From IMG/VR virus record IMGVR_UViG_3300032227_000257, positions 1 through 31,647 of that record: 31,647 bases of DNA; one strand, 5' to 3'. The DNA comes from a virus (Duplodnaviria > Caudoviricetes). Each line of letters opens with the position of its first letter. Positions within the stretch are counted from its first letter, which is position 1. Below, piece after piece: positions 23,701 through 31,647 of the stretch. The position numbers and the translations under genes are program-made. A model generated the notes under the pieces. It searched no databases, was not told the origin of the DNA, and saw nothing but the letters and a program-made list of their open reading frames with translations.

Positions 23701-25588
23701 AAGAGATTTGGTTGTTAATGATAAGTTAAATCTTTTAGAGTTGAAGAACATGTACCCAAACATTCAAACACGTCCACCTGTATTTACCGACCTAGTAGAA
23801 GATATGACTGGAAACAGTGCGATATCAAAGAACTGGCGTGCAGCAACTAAAGATATGGTTGTTTGGCTTGCAACAAAGCCAACAGCCTTCCTCGCATTTA
23901 ACCCTTACTTTAAAGCTAAGTATGAGCAATCACTACAGACTCAGATTTGGTTAGCTAATTCCACAGGAGTAAAGCTTACATTAAAGAAGAAGGATGAGTT
24001 CGAAGCTAAAGCTCGCAACTTTGCTCTTCGTGAATACCAAGAAAAGCTGAATTCATTCCACCGTGATATGAACTATTCTGGTTGGATAAACTACGTATTT
24101 GCATTCTTTCCTGCAGTTGTTGAGCAGTTCCGTGCATACGCACGTATTACCATGGAAAACCCAGACTTTATTGTCAAGAAGATGGCTATTGCAAGCATTC
24201 CTGAACGCATGGGTGAGGTAGAAGAAGACTCCGCTGGTAATAAATATATTCCAGTAAAGCTTGGATTTCTTGGCCTAGAGTCACGCATTCCAGTGGAATG
24301 GTTCAACCCAGATAACCCAACTGGTGGTAACATTCTTTCCGTCACACCTGTAGGTGCTGCGCTGATTAACGAATATGCTAAGCGCACGCAAACAGAAAAC
24401 TTTTTTACTGAAGCATTGCTGCCATTTGGTGTACAGCGCAACTCTCTGAATGCTCTGAATGTTAACACAGCTCGTCGTCTATACCAAGTATGGCAGGCTG
24501 GAGTAACAAAGAATGGTGAACAATTTAACAAAGATGTTGACATGTTCCGTCAGCAAATCTGGGACGAATATGTAAGAGAGACTGGCGATAAACCATCTGT
24601 TAAGAAATATGAGCAACAGTTCGAAGAAGCCAAGAAGCGTGCATTCTATCTATCAGTATTGCGTCTAGTAGGAGCTGGCGCTCTGCCAGTTCAAGGTCGT
24701 CTAGTAACATCAGTTACTGGATATGTTGACATCCTTAATAAGTATGAGGACAAGTTCGGCGCTCAAGGTGCTGAGATGTTCGCTCTCGACTATCCAGATG
24801 CTTGGATGTTTATGGATAGACTATCTGATTCTACATCAGGAATCCGTCCAGACCAAACTGCAGCGGCTTTAGTAAAGGGAAATCTACCATCTGTTCAGAA
24901 AATTGTAGCAGGCATTGGTCCCGAGAATCTTACAGTTCTAGGTTCAATCTTTAATGATGATGATTATGCATTCTCTAGTGCAGCCCAGGCTTTTCTTCAG
25001 GACACAAGAATACCAGGAGCTGGTAATAAAAAGTTTCGTGATGTATCTGATGCATTTCAGAATGGTCGTTCAGCCCTTGTTAGCAAGGGATGGAAAGATT
25101 ACTTTGTTATTGAGCAGGTGCTTAAGGATGAGTTTGCTCGTGTTACTCCAGCAATTAACCCTTATAAGGGGTATGGTGCTGCGGTATTAAAGCAGTATAA
25201 GCAGGCATTTGTTGATGCAGCAAAGGAAGATAATAACCTTTGGTGGCAAGAGTACAATGCTCAAGCAGTAGGAGGAGCAGGAAGCCGCCAGGCTGATACT
25301 GTTACTGCCCTAACTATAGCACTTAATGACGAAAAACTTGGACCATTGCTACTAAAGCAACCTAAGTTCCACGCAGTTGCAGACTACTTGAACTATCGTA
25401 GGTATGTAAACTCAATGCTCAAGAGAATGAATACTACATTTGATTCTCAACGAGCAACACAACTGCGAACACAAGTCATGTTAGAAGTTGCAGAGCTCAG
25501 GACATCAGATGTAAACTTTGATAAGATGTATATAAGATACTTTGAAAACGACAAGTTCGACTTCGTATACGAGGAGCCAGGAGACTAA
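20798..25588 (+). CDS. Large (1596 aa) putative internal virion/DNA-ejection protein
   Basis: Gly/Ala-rich hydrophobic segments in the N-terminal ~270 aa, long helical body, structural operon; function inferred from size and context. Confidence 0.55.
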   Translation: MNLWEYIGKTQKVFKDTPAAQITSPNSTRIPFSTAFDIASNLPQNPGGWDNDDLEKVRQVALNTVSKANPALVGGTIGLILGGPGGAAVGAGSGLAIQKIDEATDGGATKVLQAGQKNFRSNYSFLRSVADENAAMGFLASLGFVAGGIAGGLGGFALAGPAGAFVGATAGANLAGKGIRDAFETDLGANISKTLNKSAKFSESDVGQERYNLGRDVVHTAAQIIGKQTLGDTSKGIGAISSGLVNFVAELGLGLDVAAAKGAGLAARSTLVRPIVEPLTPFQKKIYGKGEAERVGARLAADIDLIKRTVAGEVTPYTPVFKAIRENDAAVIGNRAGFDSASGKLAASLMARESDETIGLILRVGRGDPDAVAELALKRADKFAEYTRLDDAMAYVNNNGLFSLQFKGQTLILSKRFKNNTALLDAEIEALRKEVGWLDDALSIQGDLANRTVSKWAVVEKVRNDFAKENANRKLALGDNAQMETALGKTYQWFYQKSPLSRPIRGLDRLTDDAPRQLINYNEPFAAGIRMQTSLRSAEKYGASIPQENLRVYNNWMKARTENEKTAVIDNYVDTGMKLMGDKYNVGVDIIQFAIDKYNMTHKRFRDEAIKARELKQGYMNDPNDLDGPLIEDAQLITQLANGAILPDWKFIDGVMKDFVKRNGDTTKIIRSKESAMWLADEFNSLWRTGTLLRTGYPINVIKDSYIRAWGDGAMISMMKYLAQDIIDGVSSGTNTVNRVNRWVKSTSNPNYNMKKIRKDIASRQLILNNYDKSLLKAKYDVNNPPKSVPVELIPDVQRRNDLANNIAALRAQEVRLVSGVKIKPVNVRKVTLDGEEFESAFGGRFGSIFRQKIDQKDDLRAAVAGVRELEVDIARRGRSGTASILPTDETRHMQSWLQILNDKLRFDPVAELIMKGKSKKDVLQWFRNGSPEAVAYLDRFSSNLKDAPVAYDRVKAMVDMYAPSQALRDLVVNDKLNLLELKNMYPNIQTRPPVFTDLVEDMTGNSAISKNWRAATKDMVVWLATKPTAFLAFNPYFKAKYEQSLQTQIWLANSTGVKLTLKKKDEFEAKARNFALREYQEKLNSFHRDMNYSGWINYVFAFFPAVVEQFRAYARITMENPDFIVKKMAIASIPERMGEVEEDSAGNKYIPVKLGFLGLESRIPVEWFNPDNPTGGNILSVTPVGAALINEYAKRTQTENFFTEALLPFGVQRNSLNALNVNTARRLYQVWQAGVTKNGEQFNKDVDMFRQQIWDEYVRETGDKPSVKKYEQQFEEAKKRAFYLSVLRLVGAGALPVQGRLVTSVTGYVDILNKYEDKFGAQGAEMFALDYPDAWMFMDRLSDSTSGIRPDQTAAALVKGNLPSVQKIVAGIGPENLTVLGSIFNDDDYAFSSAAQAFLQDTRIPGAGNKKFRDVSDAFQNGRSALVSKGWKDYFVIEQVLKDEFARVTPAINPYKGYGAAVLKQYKQAFVDAAKEDNNLWWQEYNAQAVGGAGSRQADTVTALTIALNDEKLGPLLLKQPKFHAVADYLNYRRYVNSMLKRMNTTFDSQRATQLRTQVMLEVAELRTSDVNFDKMYIRYFENDKFDFVYEEPGD

Positions 25589-25589
25589 T

Positions 25590-26306
25590 ATGGGCAAAAC
25601 AATCGCAGAGGCAGTACAGGCTACAAGGCCACCTCTCACAGTGCCAGCTTCTACTCCTTCACTAGATGCTAATAGAATTAAGGAAATCCTTAAAAGCAAA
25701 GGTGTGGAAACTAATGCACCAGATGGTACCACAATTGGTGCTGGTGATGCATTATTTGATTCATTCAACAAAGCTCAAAAGATACAGATTCAAAGAATTA
25801 TGGGTAAACTTGGATACAAGTCCCAGGGAATCAATGAGTTAAAGACTTTACTTGCAGCATGGTACCCTACAATCTACGACTCTGCAACAAACTTCTCTCA
25901 ACTATACACTAGCCTAGCTTCAGACTTGCTACCTAGCGATATTGAAAAGGACAAGTCTAATGGTATTACTCAGTACATTACTGAGCAGTCACCAGCATTG
26001 GTCAAGAAGAATGTGGATGAATTCCTTCTTAAGACAATTGGTAGCACCAATATTAAGGAAGAATCTCGTAAAAAAATTATGGATGAGATTGACAAGTTAA
26101 TCAAAGAAGGCACAACTACAACTACCAAGATGGATAAAGCTGGCAAGACAACAGTCGTACAAACTGCTGGCTATAGTGAAGAGCGTGCAGGTGAAGTTGT
26201 CAAGCGTGTTGCTGAACAACTAGAACCAGAAAAGTTTGGACAGCAAAAAGAACTAAACTTCTATGACTTCATACAGCAGGCAGACCAAATGCGAGGTGGA
26301 AGATAG
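25590..26306 (+). CDS. Putative virion protein
   Basis: AGGAG RBS before ATG 25590; structural operon. Confidence 0.55.
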   Translation: MGKTIAEAVQATRPPLTVPASTPSLDANRIKEILKSKGVETNAPDGTTIGAGDALFDSFNKAQKIQIQRIMGKLGYKSQGINELKTLLAAWYPTIYDSATNFSQLYTSLASDLLPSDIEKDKSNGITQYITEQSPALVKKNVDEFLLKTIGSTNIKEESRKKIMDEIDKLIKEGTTTTTKMDKAGKTTVVQTAGYSEERAGEVVKRVAEQLEPEKFGQQKELNFYDFIQQADQMRGGR

Positions 26307-27319
26307 TGGCTAATACTCCACAACAAGACCAGTATGATAAGGACCTTGCTGCTCTCAATCGATTAACTGGTGCTGCAAGAATTAAGGCTAAAGAACAATT
26401 TGACCTTAAGTATCCTGACGGTAGACCAGGGGATGCAGAAGACGCAAATGACCCTAATATGTCTGGCTTAACAGTAGCCCTTGGTTTTGTTCTTACTAGA
26501 GCACTTCTTGATGACCCTATATATGGTAAGGGTCCTGGTGGACTACAAGAAGTCTACGACCTATGGGAAGCTGGCGACCAAACTGGAGCACTCAATGCAT
26601 ACTTTAAGTCTAACTACTTTTTAAAGTTAGGAAAGACTGCTGCTTCACGTTATGCTTTAAGCAAGAACCAGCCAGAAGTTTACGCAGCCGAAGAAGCTGC
26701 TTACATAGCAGGACAGAAGAACCGTTTATTTAAATTAGGTGTACGAGTCGACGACAATGAACTTACTGATTTATTAAAGAAGGCATTCTCTGGAAACCTT
26801 ACTGATGCTCAGTTGGATTCATCTATTGCTTTAACAAATAGTTACGGTGGTAAATTTGGCGGTACCATTCTGGGCCAAATGCAAGACCTTAGAACTCTTG
26901 CTCGCTCTTATGGATTATCCTATACCGATGCTAAGTATAATCAGTGGGGGGCTGACTTATTCGCAAACCGTATTACTGATTCAGAAGTTGAAGAATTAAT
27001 TAAGACTGAATCAGCAAGTAAGTATCCAGCATATGCAGACCAAATTATGAATGGTGTAACTGTTGACGCACTAGCATCTGCTTATAAAGCATCCATGGCT
27101 AACATTCTTGAAATCGATGCAGATGCGGTTACCTATAACGATACGACACTACTTAAAGCATTACAGTATATTGGACCTGACGGCAAGCCATCATTCAAGC
27201 CAATATGGGAATTTGAAAACGACTTGCGTTCTGACCCACGTTGGCAGTTCACAAATAATGCCAGAGAGTCAATTGATTCTCTGCAATATAAAGTTATGAA
27301 GGATTGGGGGCTAATGTAA
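26306..27319 (+). CDS. Putative virion protein
   Basis: TAGTG coupling; helical; structural operon. Confidence 0.55.
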   Translation: MANTPQQDQYDKDLAALNRLTGAARIKAKEQFDLKYPDGRPGDAEDANDPNMSGLTVALGFVLTRALLDDPIYGKGPGGLQEVYDLWEAGDQTGALNAYFKSNYFLKLGKTAASRYALSKNQPEVYAAEEAAYIAGQKNRLFKLGVRVDDNELTDLLKKAFSGNLTDAQLDSSIALTNSYGGKFGGTILGQMQDLRTLARSYGLSYTDAKYNQWGADLFANRITDSEVEELIKTESASKYPAYADQIMNGVTVDALASAYKASMANILEIDADAVTYNDTTLLKALQYIGPDGKPSFKPIWEFENDLRSDPRWQFTNNARESIDSLQYKVMKDWGLM

Positions 27320-28941
27320 TGCCTAGAATTAATCCAGATATGATGATGGTTGATGGTGACGAACAACCTCAAAGAATTATATCCACTGAACGCAATGACA
27401 CTAGTAATATAACAGATGCTGAAATGAAGGCTGCTTCTATTGCTGCTGCACGAGAACTAGCAATGACACCTTATTCAGAACTTTCTGCTGATGAGCGCAG
27501 AGCAATGACGCAAGAAGAAAAGACTGATTATATTAAAGCAGCCCGTGAAGAACAGGCTGCTCTTGATGCCGAAGAACGTGCAGCATCTAATCCTATGTTT
27601 GATTTTACAAATCGCCCTGATGCTCCATCAGATGCAACTGGTGATTTTATTAATTATTACTCTTGGGTTGGTGGAGTAAACTCTGGTGAGTGGAGACTTT
27701 ATCGCGAAGCAAATACTCCAGAAAATGTAGCAAAGTATGGTTCTCGTTCAATAGGTGGCGCAACTCAAGCAGACCCAACTAGTGCTGTTGGTGCAAATGC
27801 TTTAATAAACCAACCAAAACCAATTAAAGATGCTTATGGAACTATTACTGGTTGGAGCACTGAAGGTGGTGATGGTACAACTACTGGTACAACTACTAAT
27901 CCTACAACTACTACAGTAACTACCAATCCTACAACTACTACGGTAACTACTACTAGACCAAATATCAGCACTACTTCAACAACTTCTAATATTCCAACAG
28001 GATTAGATGCTCAAACTACAGCATTGATTAAATCTTTGCAAGACCAAGTTAACTCTTTAACAAAGCAAGTTACTAATAATACAAATACCGCAAATGCTAA
28101 TACCACTGCGACACAATACAATGAGCGTATGGGTGTATACGCAACTATGGCAGACCGATTCAACAAGTACGGTCTTACTGGCTTAGCAAACAAGATTAAA
28201 GAACTTGCTATGAAGGGTGCCACAGAGGCAACGATTACTTTAGAGTTAATGGAAACACCAGAGTATCAGCAACGATTTGCTGGAAATGCTGACCGTCTTA
28301 AGAAGGGTCTAGCAGTATTAACTCCTGCTGAGTATGTTAACGTTGAAGACTCATACCGTCAAGTACTACGTGCTTATGGATTGAAGCAGTTTGATAATGA
28401 TGCATATGTTAGACAGTTCATTGCCAACGATATGTCGCCAACAGAACTTTCTAACCGTGTCGTTACAGCAGTACAGCGCGTACAAAATGCAGACCCTGCT
28501 ATCTCACGTCAACTACGTGACTTCTATGGCATTGGTCAGTCAGACCTAGTTGCTTACGTGCTTGACCCACAACAGCAGTTCCAAAAGATTGAACGTCAAG
28601 TTGCAGCATCTGAAATTGGTGTAGCAGCGGCACGTCAAGGACTGCAAGCTGGAGTATCGGTTGCCGAACAACTAGCAGCACAGGGTGTTACACAAGCAGA
28701 AGCGCAGAAGGGTTATGCAACTATTGCAGATATCCTTCCAACAGCTGAGAAACTTTCTGACATTTATGGAAATACTATGGATGTCTATGGTCAGACAGAA
28801 GCTGAGCAGGAAGTATTCAACAGTCTAGCATCAGCACAGCGTAAGCGTCAACGACTTACAGCACGTGAAGTAGCAGCCTTTAGTGGCTCTGCAGGTACAA
28901 ACAAAACAAGTCTTACAACATCAGCTGTAGGACAATTCTAG
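27319..28941 (+). CDS. Putative virion protein with Thr-rich linker and helical Ala/Gln-rich C-terminus
   Basis: TAATG coupling supports ATG 27319. Confidence 0.55.
   Translation: MPRINPDMMMVDGDEQPQRIISTERNDTSNITDAEMKAASIAAARELAMTPYSELSADERRAMTQEEKTDYIKAAREEQAALDAEERAASNPMFDFTNRPDAPSDATGDFINYYSWVGGVNSGEWRLYREANTPENVAKYGSRSIGGATQADPTSAVGANALINQPKPIKDAYGTITGWSTEGGDGTTTGTTTNPTTTTVTTNPTTTTVTTTRPNISTTSTTSNIPTGLDAQTTALIKSLQDQVNSLTKQVTNNTNTANANTTATQYNERMGVYATMADRFNKYGLTGLANKIKELAMKGATEATITLELMETPEYQQRFAGNADRLKKGLAVLTPAEYVNVEDSYRQVLRAYGLKQFDNDAYVRQFIANDMSPTELSNRVVTAVQRVQNADPAISRQLRDFYGIGQSDLVAYVLDPQQQFQKIERQVAASEIGVAAARQGLQAGVSVAEQLAAQGVTQAEAQKGYATIADILPTAEKLSDIYGNTMDVYGQTEAEQEVFNSLASAQRKRQRLTAREVAAFSGSAGTNKTSLTTSAVGQF
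27892..27954 (+). repeat. 27-bp tandem coding repeat (TTNPTTTTV), about 2.3 copies
   Basis: ACTACTAATCCTACAACTACTACAGTA followed by ACTACCAATCCTACAACTACTACGGTA. Confidence 0.8.
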
Positions 28942-28944
28942 AAT

Positions 28945-29025
28945 CCTGAACGGACCTATCGGCCCCGTCAGAGTAATAGACCGATAGTAGGAGCCAGCCA
29001 GTTTCCCCGAACTGAACTGTGGCCT
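28945..29025 (+). ncRNA. Structured leader (pseudoknot plus hairpin) upstream of scaffold/capsid genes
   Basis: CTGAACGG/CCGTCAG and CTATCGG/CCGATAG interleaved; then AGGAGCCA..CAGTT/AACTG..TGGCCT. Confidence 0.5.
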
Positions 29026-29058
29026 GCGAACTAACAACGAATAGAAGGGTGGGTTGCT

Positions 29059-29532
29059 ATGAGCAACAACTACTGGGACGACGAAGACGATGACCTAGAT
29101 ACAGAAACAGAAACACAATTGGATGGAAGTGACTTACTTAAAAAGTTACGTAAAGCCAAGCGTGCAGATGAAAAGCGTATTAAGGAACTTACTGAGCAAC
29201 TTGAGGGATTTACCAAGTCGCAGCGTGAGTCAACCGTTAAGTCAGTACTAGAAAAGAAGGGTGTAAACCAGAAGGCAGCACGTCTAGTCCTCAAAGATTT
29301 AGATGGTGATTTTTCAGAAGAGGCAGTATCGAACTGGCTAGACGAAAACGCTGACCTATTTGGTATAGAGGTATCACAAAAGCGTGATGAACAAAACCTT
29401 GCGACATTACGTCAGCAAGACATCATGACACAAGGTGCCGTTACACCAGACCGAGCACAGGACCTAGAACAGCGCATGGACAATGCAGGTTCTATGGAAG
29501 AGTTAATCGCCCTGATGCAAGGACAACAATAA
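29059..29532 (+). CDS. Capsid scaffolding protein
   Basis: Acidic N-terminus and coiled coil, immediately upstream of the capsid gene. Confidence 0.7.
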   Translation: MSNNYWDDEDDDLDTETETQLDGSDLLKKLRKAKRADEKRIKELTEQLEGFTKSQRESTVKSVLEKKGVNQKAARLVLKDLDGDFSEEAVSNWLDENADLFGIEVSQKRDEQNLATLRQQDIMTQGAVTPDRAQDLEQRMDNAGSMEELIALMQGQQ

Positions 29533-29564
29533 TCAATCGTTCATAGTCAAGGAGACTAATACAA

Positions 29565-30767
29565 ATGGCAAACGCATATACAGATACCTCGAGCACCTCG
29601 CTCGGTGGTTCAGTTGGCGGTGCTGGTCTCGTACAGAAGGCGTATGACCGCCTTCTCGAGTTCGCTCTCCGTTCAGAACCCCTAATTCGTTCTGTCGCAG
29701 ATAAGCGCCCAGCAAAGCAAGCAATCCCAGGTTCAACAGTAGTTCTACAGAAGTACGTTGACCTAGACACAAAGACATCAACACTAACAGAGACAGTTGA
29801 CCCAGATGCAGTAGCATTGTCAACACCAACATCTGTTACAGTGACACTTAACGAGTACGGTAACGCTGTACTTGTAACACGTGCGTTGGAACTATTCTCT
29901 CTAGCAGATGTAGACCCAGCAATCGCAAACATCATTGCATACAACCTAGCCGATTCTATCGACGTAGTTGCAATGAACACACTACGCTCAGGTTCAAACA
30001 ACATCTACGCAGGTAACGCAACAGCAGTTGCTAACGTAGATGCAGCTGATACACTAGACTCAGCAGACATCCGCAAGGCTGTTGCTAAGTTGCGTTCTAA
30101 CAAGGCTAAGGGCCGTCGCGGAAACTCATACTGGGTTGGTATCCACCCACAGGTTTCACACGACCTTCGTGCAGAGACAGGCGACCTAGGATGGCGCTAC
30201 CCACAGTCACAGTCTGCTTCAGAAGCAAGCAAGATTTGGGCTGGAGAAATCGGTGAGTACGAAGGCGCATTCTTCGTAGAGTCACCACGTCTATACAACG
30301 CTAAGACTGGTGCAGACCAGACAGCACTAGCAACAACAGCAGTAACAGTAGCAGGAACATCAGCAGGATTCACATTCGGCGTTGCTTCATCATCTGTTAT
30401 CGCATCTCGTGCAGAAGTTGGCGACAAGATTGCAGGAACAGGTATCGCTTCAGGCGCACTAATCACTGCTATCTCAACATCAGGTTCAACAACAACTATC
30501 ACAGTTGACACAGCAAACACAGGAGCAGTAACAGTTTCAACAACTGTAACTGTAACTCCAGTAACACGTGTATTCAACACAATTGTTGCAGGTTCACAGG
30601 CAATGGCAGAAGCCGTAGCTGAAGAGCCACACGTAGTTATCGGTAACGTAACTGATAAGTTGATGCGCTTCCGCCCAATGGGTTGGTACGGCGTACTTGG
30701 CTTCGCAGTATACCGTGATGAGGCTCTATACCGAATCACATCAGGTTCATCAATCGCTGCTAACTAG
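29565..30767 (+). CDS. Major capsid protein (HK97 fold, N4-gp56-like)
   Basis: LTE..DP, VTLNEYGN, IHPQVSHDLR, GEIGEYEG, DKLMRF..GWYG motifs; strongly biased codon usage. Confidence 0.9.
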   Translation: MANAYTDTSSTSLGGSVGGAGLVQKAYDRLLEFALRSEPLIRSVADKRPAKQAIPGSTVVLQKYVDLDTKTSTLTETVDPDAVALSTPTSVTVTLNEYGNAVLVTRALELFSLADVDPAIANIIAYNLADSIDVVAMNTLRSGSNNIYAGNATAVANVDAADTLDSADIRKAVAKLRSNKAKGRRGNSYWVGIHPQVSHDLRAETGDLGWRYPQSQSASEASKIWAGEIGEYEGAFFVESPRLYNAKTGADQTALATTAVTVAGTSAGFTFGVASSSVIASRAEVGDKIAGTGIASGALITAISTSGSTTTITVDTANTGAVTVSTTVTVTPVTRVFNTIVAGSQAMAEAVAEEPHVVIGNVTDKLMRFRPMGWYGVLGFAVYRDEALYRITSGSSIAAN

Positions 30768-30780
30768 TAGTTAATTGACT

Positions 30781-30806
30781 GCTGGGCAGGGGAAACCCTG
30801 CCTGGT
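30781..30806 (+). terminator. GC-rich GAAA-tetraloop hairpin after the capsid gene (attenuator/stabiliser)
   Basis: GCTGGGCAGGG-GAAA-CCCTGCCTGGT; no U-tract. Confidence 0.55.
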
Positions 30807-30830
30807 GGTGAGTCCACTAAAGGAGGAGTC

Positions 30831-31100
30831 ATGACAGATTACATCTTCGAGACACCAACAGTCGATGAAGGTTTTGAAGGAGTTCAACGACTCTTTACAT
30901 TTTACAAGTTAACAAAAGGAATCAGTATCATCAGAGTTGATGGAACTTACCGTCAGGTTCGTTACCCATACGATGGTGACCTTGACACTTACCAAGAAGT
31001 ATATCTTGGCGGTAGCAAGTATACTGTAAATGAGGCAACTCGTGAGGCACTAATCAACGGAAACGTTGGAGTAACCACAGCAAACTTCACAGCAATATAG
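30831..31100 (+). CDS. Hypothetical (probably virion-associated) protein
   Basis: AAGGAGGAG RBS; follows the capsid gene. Confidence 0.65.
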   Translation: MTDYIFETPTVDEGFEGVQRLFTFYKLTKGISIIRVDGTYRQVRYPYDGDLDTYQEVYLGGSKYTVNEATREALINGNVGVTTANFTAI

Positions 31101-31107
31101 GGGACAT

Positions 31108-31554
31108 ATGGGACACGAACACGCAAGCAAGGTTCTTGAGTGGGGATATAAGTTAGTAGATGGAGACATGATTCCATACTCAGCATTATATGGGTGTGTG
31201 TATTGTGATGCTACATCAACTGAACCGTTCCCTGATGAGAATAATATCTTTATAGACCACACCAAGTGTGGACCTGATTGCTTTGGCTGCAAAGCCAGAG
31301 GACTTCAGATGAATACTGGCGATGCTAATAGTCAGCGAAATGCTCCACGTAAGCGTTTCGAAAGTGAACTATCTGCTTACGCAAATGCAAAGGCCCAAGG
31401 TATACAACCTGGTGGTACAACAATGGAAAAGATTCGTGAGGCAGAACGTGCCTCCGAAGTATTGAATAAGCCGTACAACGCTGAATCAATGCCAGATGCA
31501 AAACACGTAAACAAATCAACCGCAGCGGTAATGAAAGAGATAGGACAAGCATAA
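31108..31554 (+). CDS. Hypothetical protein with Cys/His motifs
   Basis: HEH...CVYC and H..C...CFGC motifs. Confidence 0.6.
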   Translation: MGHEHASKVLEWGYKLVDGDMIPYSALYGCVYCDATSTEPFPDENNIFIDHTKCGPDCFGCKARGLQMNTGDANSQRNAPRKRFESELSAYANAKAQGIQPGGTTMEKIREAERASEVLNKPYNAESMPDAKHVNKSTAAVMKEIGQA

Positions 31555-31647
31555 TGATGAAGAACAAGGCTTATAAGATGGGCGAAAAGATGGAGTCCAA
31601 GGCTGAGAAGATGATGGAAATGAAGATGGGCAAGAAGAAGATGGCTA
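31554..31647 (+). CDS. Met/Lys-rich small protein, 3'-truncated
   Basis: MMKNKAYKMGEKMESKAEKMMEMKMGKKKMA; TAATG coupling and AGGA RBS. Confidence 0.55.
   Translation, partial: MMKNKAYKMGEKMESKAEKMMEMKMGKKKMA

Noticed and set aside
20798-25588. Virion RNA polymerase or tape measure protein
   Set aside because: No polymerase catalytic motifs or tape-measure periodicity recognised, and no tail assembly chaperone context.
30197-30739. 180-aa minus-strand ORF and similar antisense ORFs (e.g. 29492-30004, 24091-24543, 17288-17665, 5036-5401)
   Set aside because: Shadows of codon-biased plus-strand genes, with no RBS or motifs.
1-31647. Alternative genetic code or stop-codon reassignment
   Set aside because: Long genes translate intact with the standard code, and TAA, TAG and TGA all end genes; the two split genes involve frame changes, not in-frame stops.

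Overview
This window is most of the genome of a small tailed dsDNA phage, most likely infecting an actinobacterium. The host evidence is a WhiB gene, a split primase, a Cas4/RecB-like nuclease and TANNNT-type promoters; the gene set resembles freshwater actinophages, which is inference from recall. Order: tail protein and lysis cassette (1-3133, +); replication/nucleotide module ending in a phage sigma factor (3554-8806, +); leftward early/host-takeover region with WhiB, lytic transglycosylase, class II glutamine amidotransferase and amidoligase (8814-14372, -); non-coding control region (14372-15291) with stacked consensus promoters, 11-bp-phased CTGAGA repeats and a probable genome end/packaging site; then terminase, OmpA-domain protein, portal, HslV/proteasome-like protease, probable internal virion proteins, scaffold and major capsid protein (15292-31647, +). 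No DNA polymerase, integrase, tape measure protein, true tRNA or CRISPR array was recognised. The most unusual observations are two covarying anticodon-less tRNA-like elements in the early leader, the promoter/palindrome/phased-repeat control region, a signal-less OmpA-like protein and an Ntn protease flanking the portal, a nuclease split across its Fe-S ligands, two early proteins sharing an N-terminal tag, and two intergenic pseudoknots. All family calls come from motif recognition by eye; no database search was run.
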